Below are positions 16,804 to 22,792 of a stretch of 61,297 nucleotides of DNA, one piece after another. Every line of letters starts with the position of its first letter. Position 1 is the first letter of the stretch. The translations under genes and the position numbers were made by a program. The notes under the pieces are model-generated. The model made no database searches. It had not been told where the DNA came from and saw nothing but the letters and a program-made list of their open reading frames with translations. The DNA is from a virus (Duplodnaviria > Caudoviricetes): IMG/VR virus record IMGVR_UViG_3300033153_004916, positions 1 to 61,297 of that record; one strand, 5' to 3'.

Positions 16804-17444
16804 TCGAATAACTCCTCAATAAGGTCGGCGTATGCTTCGGGATCGATCTCGGCGAGCTTTTCTATGAAGTCGCCTATCAGTTCGCCGTTTGGCTTGCCGC
16901 GCGGCAGGTCCGCGACATCATCCAGCGACCGCCGAAAGATCTTGATGCATTCGAGACGATAGCCATCTTCTGGACCGTGCTGTTTATAGACGCGTATGCG
17001 GAGCCACCGTGGATACCAAAAGGCGGCGATTTCTTCGATTTTGTCCGATGGGTGTTTTACGCGCCGGAATGTGCCCACGGTCTCGTTGTCGAGGCGGCAT
17101 GTAGCGTGTCCCGATTCGTCATCATACATGGCGAGGAACAGCGCGCCTTGCTTATTTGCGTTTAAACAATATGTAAAGAAGCGCGCCCAGTCATCACAGT
17201 CGCCGCACATTTTGCCTGTGCCGCATCGGCGGTGCCATGTTTCGATGGGCGTCTGCCAGTGTTCGTGTTCGTCGTGCACATACATAAACTGCGACGACGC
17301 GATATAGCCGCACTTCGAGGTCGAGTCGCATTCGGCCACAAACTCCGTGAATTCTTCTGTGCGGAGATTTTTATTTTTATAATTAGATAAAATGTCACTC
17401 AAGATCATCATGTAATATCCGGGATACCATGCCATGTTATTCAC
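16800..17444 (-). CDS. Transglutaminase-like cysteine peptidase domain protein
   Basis: WQTPIET..GDCDDWA..GHA. Confidence 0.75.
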   Translation of the reverse strand: MNNMAWYPGYYMMILSDILSNYKNKNLRTEEFTEFVAECDSTSKCGYIASSQFMYVHDEHEHWQTPIETWHRRCGTGKMCGDCDDWARFFTYCLNANKQGALFLAMYDDESGHATCRLDNETVGTFRRVKHPSDKIEEIAAFWYPRWLRIRVYKQHGPEDGYRLECIKIFRRSLDDVADLPRGKPNGELIGDFIEKLAEIDPEAYADLIEELFE

Positions 17445-17662
17445 CTAGTCCTTATTCTAAGAGATGTTATATTTAAGTTATTCGGTAACGGTTCTACGCG
17501 CGCCAGAATCGTTATTTCGTCGATCATATCTTCTACTTCCCATCCACAACGCCATACGTTTTGATGCTTATCGATTTCTACGACTATTGGCTCATCCGGG
17601 CCATCTTTTTTGTATATAACCCAATAATATCCGGGTTCGATTTTTGGTTTATTTTCTTCCAT
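17441..17662 (-). CDS. Hypothetical protein
   Basis: EPGYYWV; coupled ORF. Confidence 0.65.
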   Translation of the reverse strand: MEENKPKIEPGYYWVIYKKDGPDEPIVVEIDKHQNVWRCGWEVEDMIDEITILARVEPLPNNLNITSLRIRTR

Positions 17663-18210
17663 TATTTAGCCTCCGTGCTCACAAATACGAATGGCGCTGC
17701 CACGCCACATGAATGATATGCGGCGGCTTCCAATGCGGATTTTGCGCGATTCTTCGCATTCTTATGAATGCGTGTCGTATGAAAACTGCCGAGCGCTATA
17801 TCTTCGCCGCATCCGAGTGCCGCATAGTCGTCGTGTCTTTCGGCGACCTGGAAGTCGTTCTGTATGATATATATGTGGCCTCTTATCCCCACGATGAAAA
17901 AGCCGCCCACTTCGCGTTCGTGCTGCTTTTCCATGTAACCCTTATTGCTGAATAGATCACGAATCCAGTCAATAAACTCCGTGCACATCCACATGTGAAG
18001 ATCACTATCGGATACATCTAACTTGGGTATCGGCGCACCATATTGGATTATCTGACCCATTCGAAACGAGCTTGTAAATCCGAACACAAATTCGCCACGC
18101 TTAAAGACTTTAACATCTTTACGTATGCCAATCTCTAGTCCACCAACTGCGGCCGAATCGCCACCCATGATTATACGCGGGCCGTCTTTAATTGCTACGA
18201 TGCAGGTCAT
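17662..18210 (-). CDS. Ntn-hydrolase, HslV/proteasome-beta-like peptidase
   Basis: N-terminal M-TCIVA..MGGDS, KVF, ALGCG..ALG. Confidence 0.8.
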   Translation of the reverse strand: MTCIVAIKDGPRIIMGGDSAAVGGLEIGIRKDVKVFKRGEFVFGFTSSFRMGQIIQYGAPIPKLDVSDSDLHMWMCTEFIDWIRDLFSNKGYMEKQHEREVGGFFIVGIRGHIYIIQNDFQVAERHDDYAALGCGEDIALGSFHTTRIHKNAKNRAKSALEAAAYHSCGVAAPFVFVSTEAK

Positions 18211-18401
18211 TACGATTCCTCTTCTTTATATGATATACCCAATTGAGGAATATCGGAATCGTCTGATTCACTCAAAAATAAAAGTACTTCGTGATTTCCT
18301 AATCCACGAGCTTTTTCTAAAGCGTCTGCCGTATGTCTCAATCCTTCTGGACTAACAATCGCGGATCCTATATACATTGGGACTTCGGGCATATTATCCA
18401 T
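18210..18401 (-). CDS. Hypothetical protein
   Basis: Coupled ORF. Confidence 0.55.
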   Translation of the reverse strand: MDNMPEVPMYIGSAIVSPEGLRHTADALEKARGLGNHEVLLFLSESDDSDIPQLGISYKEEES

Positions 18402-18699
18402 CCTTAAATATTTTGATTTCGCTCAGTTCGACGTTCGTAACTACTAATATGTTAAAATCATTATCTCTTGCGAACTTTTCAATATAATCGCGAATCTTTT
18501 CAAAATGTTCTTGTGACATTAACTTATTATGAGGATGCATTACATTTATCATATACGCACCACCTTTTTCAAAGCCCATTGCATTGACTATATCTATGAT
18601 ATCTTCTGTCATACTAATATCTATATGCGTGTAGCTATTTAAACATATCGGCTTGTACCCAGAATCTCCCACAGGCCGTTTTCGTCCGTATACCCACAA
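18394..18699 (-). CDS. Hypothetical protein (start uncertain)
   Basis: Packed ORF. Confidence 0.55.
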   Translation of the reverse strand: MWVYGRKRPVGDSGYKPICLNSYTHIDISMTEDIIDIVNAMGFEKGGAYMINVMHPHNKLMSQEHFEKIRDYIEKFARDNDFNILVVTNVELSEIKIFKDG

Positions 18700-19283
18700 T
18701 GCCGCGTATCCGATATACGCGCTTGCAAGCTGACATGCATCTCTTTCACGAGCAAATTCTTTGTGAATCCCGGACCGCCGACTATAATTTTCCTATCGGA
18801 TCCCTGTGATTTAATCTGCTCGACGACATGCCGCAACCACGATTTCAGTGCTTCCTCACGGCCGCGCTCGAATCGCCGCTGTGATTGTCCGCCTTTGCCG
18901 TGTTTGCGTGGCACCATGGATCTCTCATGCCATAGCACGCGGATATTCTCACCGTCTGTCTCACCGATAGTAGCCTCGTCAGCATCCGCTACTACAATAA
19001 GCGTATTATAAGGCCGGCCTGTTTCGGGCATCGGCAAATAGTCGCGACCACAATGATACTGTTTGCGGCGGCCGCTATATGGCTATATTAAAATTTCGCT
19101 GCCGTCTGTGAATACAGCGATGCTGGACATTGTATCGCCTATGTTATTTATTATCAAACGCAGGCCAGATTCGACTGACTTTCGTGTGGCCTTATTTTTG
19201 ATATTTTTTGCTTGCGCTAGTTCCGCTTTTGCGAACTGGCGCGTATTTCGCGTACCGTCTGGTATCAATAGGCTTATTTTCAT
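18639..19283 (-). CDS. prf1: aRF1/eRF1-family peptide chain release factor (N+M domains) with in-frame UAG at codon 67
   Basis: ISLLIP, AKNIKNK (NIKS loop), TAG at 19083-19085, YHCGRDY (YxCxxxF), KHGKGGQSQRRFER, GGPGFTK; both halves in the same frame. Confidence 0.88.
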
Positions 19284-19284
19284 C

Positions 19285-19380
19285 TCATTCACCTAGTCCT
19301 ATAAAGATCATCCAATAGTTTGCGTCATTGCGTAGCGCATCTGATGCGCGCTGGTATGCATCACTATCATATATTACCAT
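19285..19380 (-). CDS. 31-aa microprotein
   Basis: MVIYDSDAYQRASDALRNDANYWMIFIGLGE; stop 1 nt before the aRF1 ATG. Confidence 0.4.
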   Translation of the reverse strand: MVIYDSDAYQRASDALRNDANYWMIFIGLGE

Positions 19381-19538
19381 GTTAACCATCCCTGGGTTTT
19401 TGGCGGTTCACCTTCAGGTTCGCGTCCTTTCTTCAGAGCGGCTTTGATGCGCATGCGGAACGATTTGCGGTGATGTTTACGGACGCCCCTGCATTCATGG
19501 GTCCACCAGTAGCTTTCTTTTCTGTGTGTCCTACTCAT
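19374..19538 (-). CDS. 54-aa highly basic protein
   Basis: MSRTHRKESYWW..RKHHRKSFRMRIKAALKKG..GWLTW. Confidence 0.6.
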   Translation of the reverse strand: MSRTHRKESYWWTHECRGVRKHHRKSFRMRIKAALKKGREPEGEPPKTQGWLTW

Positions 19539-19539
19539 A

Positions 19540-19629
19540 TTACCACACGTATCCGCATGATTGACAATAGTTTATTCTTTGACCCGCGTTATTTTCTGAG
19601 TCGCACTGTGGACATTTTATTTTATTCAT
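19540..19629 (-). CDS. 29-aa zinc-ribbon microprotein
   Basis: KCPQC..YCQSCGYVW; GAGG SD. Confidence 0.6.
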   Translation of the reverse strand: MNKIKCPQCDSENNAGQRINYCQSCGYVW

Positions 19630-19651
19630 AGTATTCCTCTGTTTGGTTGTT

Positions 19652-19665
19652 GCTTCTATTTAAAG
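19652..19665 (-). promoter_or_regulatory. TATA-like promoter CTTTAAATAGAAGC
   Basis: Identical 14-mer at 21947-21960; both lie just upstream of ORF starts. Confidence 0.6.
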
Positions 19666-19668
19666 GTA

Positions 19669-19742
19669 TGGTGGAAATTATAGGAGTCGAACCCATATTT
19701 GCGGTTCTGGAGACCGCCGTGCTGCCATTACACTAAATTCCC
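19669..19742 (-). tRNA. tRNA-Trp(CCA)
   Basis: Cloverleaf, loop CTCCAGA, encoded CCA. Confidence 0.9.
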
Positions 19743-19745
19743 ATA

Positions 19746-19820
19746 TGGGTGGAACGGCGAGAGTTGAACTCGCGACGACAGGATCACAGCCTGCTATGTT
19801 ACCATTACACCACGTCCCAC
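19746..19820 (-). tRNA. tRNA-His(GUG) with encoded G-1:C73
   Basis: Loop CTGTGAT, discriminator C. Confidence 0.9.
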
Positions 19821-19824
19821 ATGA

Positions 19825-19898
19825 TGGTCTGTCCAGCGTGAGTCGAACACGCGCTAGTCGGTCTACGGCCGACAGTTCTACCATTAAACTATGGACAG
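19825..19898 (-). tRNA. tRNA-Tyr(GUA), archaeal type, with C33
   Basis: C1:G72, A73, short variable loop, loop CCGTAGA. Confidence 0.85.
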
Positions 19899-19906
19899 AT
19901 TGCGGA

Positions 19907-19991
19907 TGGTGGGAGTGATCGGATTCGAACCGACGAATGCACAAGGCCCGGATCTTCAGTCCGGCGCTGTCCCAGGCTGAGCCACACTCCC
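19907..19991 (-). tRNA. tRNA-Phe(GAA) with a 13-nt variable region
   Basis: Loop CTGAAGA; variable region GCCTTGTGCATTC. Confidence 0.8.
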
Positions 19992-19994
19992 ATT

Positions 19995-20071
19995 TGGCGC
20001 AGACGGAATGGCTCGAACATTCTTTCTTCTGGTTAACAACCAGATGCCTATACCAGTTAGGCTTCGTCTGC
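19995..20071 (-). tRNA. tRNA-Asn(GUU)
   Basis: Loop TTGTTAA, G73. Confidence 0.88.
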
Positions 20072-20074
20072 ATT

Positions 20075-20151
20075 TGGTGCACCCGGCACGATTTGAACGT
20101 GCAGTCGCTGCTGTATCAGAACAGTGCTCTACCAGATTGAGCTACGAGTGC
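20075..20151 (-). tRNA. tRNA-Ile(GAU)
   Basis: Loop CTGATAC. Confidence 0.88.
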
Positions 20152-20154
20152 ATA

Positions 20155-20230
20155 TGGAGCCACAGACCGGAATCGAACCGGCTAAATCCCGCTTACAAGG
20201 CGGACACCCTTCCATTAGAGCATCTGTGGC
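20155..20230 (-). tRNA. tRNA-Thr(UGU)
   Basis: Loop CTTGTAA, U73. Confidence 0.88.
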
Positions 20231-20234
20231 ATGA

Positions 20235-20310
20235 TGAGCCTGGAGCGATTTGAACGCCCGATTCACTGGATTAAGAGTCCAGCGCTATAACCTAACTAAG
20301 CTACAGGCCC
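20235..20310 (-). tRNA. tRNA-Lys(CUU)
   Basis: Loop CTCTTAA; followed by TCA rather than CCA. Confidence 0.88.
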
Positions 20311-20313
20311 ATT

Positions 20314-20387
20314 TGGCAGGGATACACGGAATTGAACCGCAATCTCTGGAGTCAGAGTCCAGTGTGATACCGTTACACTATATCCCC
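20314..20387 (-). tRNA. tRNA-Gln(CUG)
   Basis: Loop CTCTGAC. Confidence 0.88.
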
Positions 20388-20390
20388 ATG

Positions 20391-20477
20391 TGGTGACGAC
20401 GGCATGATTTGAACATGCGTAGGGACTAACCCAACGGGGTCTAAGCCCGTCTCCTTTAACCGCTCGGATACGTCGCC
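20391..20477 (-). tRNA. tRNA-Leu(UAG)
   Basis: Loop CTTAGAC, long variable arm. Confidence 0.9.
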
Positions 20478-20480
20478 ATT

Positions 20481-20612
20481 TGGTGGCGTCGGAGGGATTC
20501 GAACCCATCGAAGTGCCTACGCACACCGGATATCTCAGCGAACATTTGAGTATAGCCCCTAAATGCTGTACGCACTTAAGTCCGGCCCCTTTGTCCACTT
20601 GGGTACGACGCC
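20481..20612 (-). tRNA. tRNA-Leu(UAA) with a 43-nt BHB intron (20532-20574) at position 37/38
   Basis: CCGGA-CTTA-AGT-GCG...CGC-TGAG-ATA-TCCGG; long variable arm. Confidence 0.88.
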
Positions 20613-20622
20613 ATTGCGAATG

Positions 20623-20709
20623 TGGCGCTGGGAACAGGATTTGAACCTGCGTGGCTTTTACACCTGACGCTCTCAAGGCGCCCGCCTTACCTAGCTTGGC
20701 TATCCCAGC
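20623..20709 (-). tRNA. tRNA-Ser(UGA)
   Basis: Loop CTTGAGA, long variable arm, G73. Confidence 0.9.
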
Positions 20710-20710
20710 A

Positions 20711-20799
20711 TGGCGCTGTGTTCAGGATTCGAACCCAAGAGGCCGTTAAGCCCATCTAGTTAGCAACCAGAGACGTTAAACCAACTCCGCCAACACAGC
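20711..20799 (-). tRNA. tRNA-Ser(GCU)
   Basis: Loop TTGCTAA, long variable arm, G73. Confidence 0.9.
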
Positions 20800-20807
20800 A
20801 CTGCGAA

Positions 20808-20883
20808 TGGTGGACAGAGTAGGAATCGAACCTACGAATTCCACTTTGTAAAAGTGGCCTCGTGACCATTTGAGTACCTGTCC
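20808..20883 (-). tRNA. tRNA-Val(UAC)
   Basis: Loop TTTACAA. Confidence 0.88.
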
Positions 20884-20886
20884 ATG

Positions 20887-20965
20887 TGGTGCTTCCGCCG
20901 GGATTCGAACCCGTGGTCTCCTGATTGAAAATCAGGAATGCTTGGCCTGACTACACTACGGAAGC
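20887..20965 (-). tRNA. tRNA-Glu(UUC)
   Basis: Loop TTTTCAA. Confidence 0.9.
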
Positions 20966-20966
20966 A

Positions 20967-21040
20967 TGGCTGCCCCGTTCGGTTTCGATCCGAAGTAACG
21001 AGATTCAAAGTCTCGTATGTTACCATTACATCACAGGGCA
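20967..21040 (-). tRNA. tRNA-Gln(UUG)
   Basis: Loop CTTTGAA; T-loop ATCGAAA. Confidence 0.85.
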
Positions 21041-21048
21041 GTTGCGAA

Positions 21049-21122
21049 TGGTGCGCGCTATGGAAATCGAATCCATGTCTCCGACTTGGAAGGACGGCAT
21101 AATACCACTATACTAAGCGCGC
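21049..21122 (-). tRNA. tRNA-Gly(UCC)
   Basis: Loop CTTCCAA, A73. Confidence 0.88.
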
Positions 21123-21129
21123 ATGCGAA

Positions 21130-21206
21130 TGGTGGGTCTAAAGGGAATCGAACCCTTGAATACGGGATTAAAAGTCCCGCGCTTTACCTAGCTGAGCCAT
21201 AGACCC
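21130..21206 (-). tRNA. tRNA-Lys(UUU)
   Basis: Loop CTTTTAA. Confidence 0.9.
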
Positions 21207-21209
21207 ATT

Positions 21210-21285
21210 TGGTGAGCATATTCGGATTCGAACCGAAACCGTCCGATTTAGAAGATCGGTGTCATATCCATTAGACCATATGCCC
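21210..21285 (-). tRNA. tRNA-Arg(UCU)
   Basis: Loop CTTCTAA. Confidence 0.9.
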
Positions 21286-21286
21286 A

Positions 21287-21362
21287 TGGTGAGCGCGACG
21301 AGACTCGAACTCGCAATCAATTGCTTCGAAGGCAATGGCCCTTCCGATTAGACTACACGCCC
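21287..21362 (-). tRNA. tRNA-Arg(UCG)
   Basis: Loop CTTCGAA. Confidence 0.9.
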
Positions 21363-21372
21363 ATTGCGAATG

Positions 21373-21449
21373 TGGTGGGTCCGTTCAGATTTGAACTGAA
21401 GTCGAAACGTTCCAAACGTCCAAGGATAACCAAACTACCCCACGGACCC
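21373..21449 (-). tRNA. tRNA-Pro(UGG)
   Basis: Loop TTTGGAA. Confidence 0.88.
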
Positions 21450-21461
21450 ATATGGCGCATA

Positions 21462-21538
21462 TGGCGCTCGGGCCGCGATTTGAACGCGAGTCGATGGAGT
21501 GACAATCCAGCATGATAACCTAGCTACACTACCCGAGC
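21462..21538 (-). tRNA. tRNA-Asp(GUC)
   Basis: Loop TTGTCAC, G73. Confidence 0.9.
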
Positions 21539-21927
21539 ATTTTTGCGATTGATTCCCATGATATATTTAGTGTATTCATGCACCAATGAACATGGCTATG
21601 ACATTTATGGCATAGAACGACATACTCATTTATATTGATTTCATTCAGCGAATCCCAACTTAGTAATGTTAATACTGGATGGGGTTCGCCGTTTTTATGG
21701 TGTATACACAATCTTTCTGGATATTCGCATATACGACATCTATTACCAATTTGATTTAATATATATGTTCGTTTTTGTTTGCGTCTGTTTCTTTCTCTTT
21801 CATTTCTTTTATTTTTTAATTCTTTATCGCTCATCTTTATTTTAGTTTTTGTTTCTTCTCCGCGAATTTTCCGTAAATACCATTCATGCTGATATTGTTT
21901 TTGTTTTTCTGCGTCTCTGTATCCCAT
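21529..21927 (-). CDS. HNH endonuclease
   Basis: Basic N-terminus, CRIC..LCIHHKN..VVLCHKCHSHVH. Confidence 0.82.
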   Translation of the reverse strand: MGYRDAEKQKQYQHEWYLRKIRGEETKTKIKMSDKELKNKRNERERNRRKQKRTYILNQIGNRCRICEYPERLCIHHKNGEPHPVLTLLSWDSLNEININEYVVLCHKCHSHVHWCMNTLNISWESIAKMLG

Positions 21928-21946
21928 ATTATTTTATATATGGGTA

Positions 21947-21960
21947 GCTTCTATTTAAAG
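21947..21960 (-). promoter_or_regulatory. TATA-like promoter CTTTAAATAGAAGC
   Basis: Upstream of the HNH ATG (probably leaderless); duplicate of 19652-19665. Confidence 0.6.
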
Positions 21961-21984
21961 CTTTCGAACTTTTAGCTGTATTGA

Positions 21985-22075
21985 TGGAATCGATGGGATT
22001 CGAACCCATAGCCTCCGCCTATCTTGGTGTTATACACATGCAAGGGCGGCGTTCTTCCGTTGGAACTACGATCCC
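21985..22075 (-). tRNA. tRNA-Ala(UGC) with an 18-nt BHB intron (22021-22038) at position 37/38
   Basis: G3:U70; CCGCC-CTTG-CAT-GTGT-ATA-ACAC-CAAG-ATA-GGCGG. Confidence 0.9.
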
Positions 22076-22084
22076 ATAATGATT

Positions 22085-22300
22085 TGCGATTAAGCGTGTC
22101 CGCTGGGAAGTTTGGTTTGGCATACCCAGGCCAACCGCCTGGGCAAAAAGATGCACCCAGACGAATCAAAAAACCGTCCAAAATTGCGATGAGAGGACCG
22201 GCAAATATTCGGTCCCTTTTGTATCGCGATTGGCTCCGCTAATTGTGCCTAAATGGCTAGCGGATCTCCGCCTGAGTTTCTGTGAAATCATTGTATCACC
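22085..22300 (-). ncRNA. Unassigned multi-hairpin RNA(s) inside the tRNA transcript
   Basis: Stems GCCCAGGC/GCCTGGGT, GGGACCG/CGGTCCT, TCCGCTAG/TTAGCGGA; no credible ORF. Confidence 0.4.
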
Positions 22301-22306
22301 GTAAAT

Positions 22307-22367
22307 TGCCGCCGAGGAATTGAATCCCCGATTTGTAAGATTGGCCCGATCAATAGCGGGTGGCGGC
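22307..22367 (-). ncRNA. Truncated tRNA-like element
   Basis: GCCGCC/GGCGGC terminal stem, CCCG/CGGG hairpin, T-arm-like GGGGA-TTCAAT-TCCTC. Confidence 0.4.
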
Positions 22368-22379
22368 CTTTGCGAATAT

Positions 22380-22453
22380 TGGTAGCAAGTCACAGAATCG
22401 AACTGTGGTCTTCGGATCATGAGTCCGATGGGCTTCCGTTACCCCAACTTGCT
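22380..22453 (-). tRNA. tRNA-Met(CAU), initiator-like
   Basis: A1:U72, AGC start, GGGGTA D-stem entry, loop CTCATGA. Confidence 0.85.
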
Positions 22454-22454
22454 A

Positions 22455-22632
22455 TGGTGAGGCTTTCGGAGTTGAGATGCGCCTATGCGGGACATCTGTG
22501 TGCTCCGGGTATTGCCACCACCCTAAATTCATATTAACGGCGGATTCCTTTGGCCTTGGAATCAATGCGGAGATCAACCCACATCCGATATCTTGCAAGC
22601 GAGCCGTTGAGGCGGCCATATCGCACCTAGCA
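22455..22632 (-). ncRNA. Unassigned structured RNA ending in ACCA at the head of the tRNA operon
   Basis: Lies between a promoter and tRNA-Met; long interrupted 3' hairpin ending GCCTCACCA. Confidence 0.45.
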
Positions 22633-22652
22633 AATATAATTTGTAGTATAAC

Positions 22653-22668
22653 CTATATATATCTTTCT
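22653..22668 (-). promoter_or_regulatory. BRE-TATA promoter of the RNA operon
   Basis: AGAAAGATATATATAG; resembles AGAAAGATATAAATAG at 24090-24105. Confidence 0.6.
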
Positions 22669-22792
22669 ACTGCTTTAAACTAATGCGCACTTCAACATGT
22701 TCCCCGTATAAGAAGGCAAGCGTCTTTCCGACCATTAGTTCGGACATATCTGCGAATTCCAATTCAATTGGTATTATTGCTGTCTTCGTCAT
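22667..22792 (-). CDS. 41-aa hypothetical protein
   Basis: MTKTAIIPIELEF..; GAGG SD. Confidence 0.45.
   Translation of the reverse strand: MTKTAIIPIELEFADMSELMVGKTLAFLYGEHVEVRISLKQ

Noticed and set aside
19040-19110. BHB intron removing the aRF1 amber codon
   Set aside because: CGGC/GCCG can pair but flanking helices do not form, and the protein aligns to aRF1 motifs without a deletion
20532-20574. Group I intron in tRNA-Leu(UAA)
   Set aside because: Only 43 nt, inserted at 37/38 with BHB geometry
21210-21285. Possible amber suppressor tRNA (CTA within the anticodon loop)
   Set aside because: The 7-nt loop CTTCTAA places UCU at 34-36 (Arg); no CUA-anticodon tRNA was found in the array, and the UAG-anticodon tRNA at 20391 is ordinary Leu
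19678-21515. ORF-track ORFs across the tRNA array
   Set aside because: Shadow frames over tRNA genes
22607-22625. 5S rRNA-like start GGCGGCCATA on plus strand
   Set aside because: Similarity ends after about 12 nt and no other 5S helices follow
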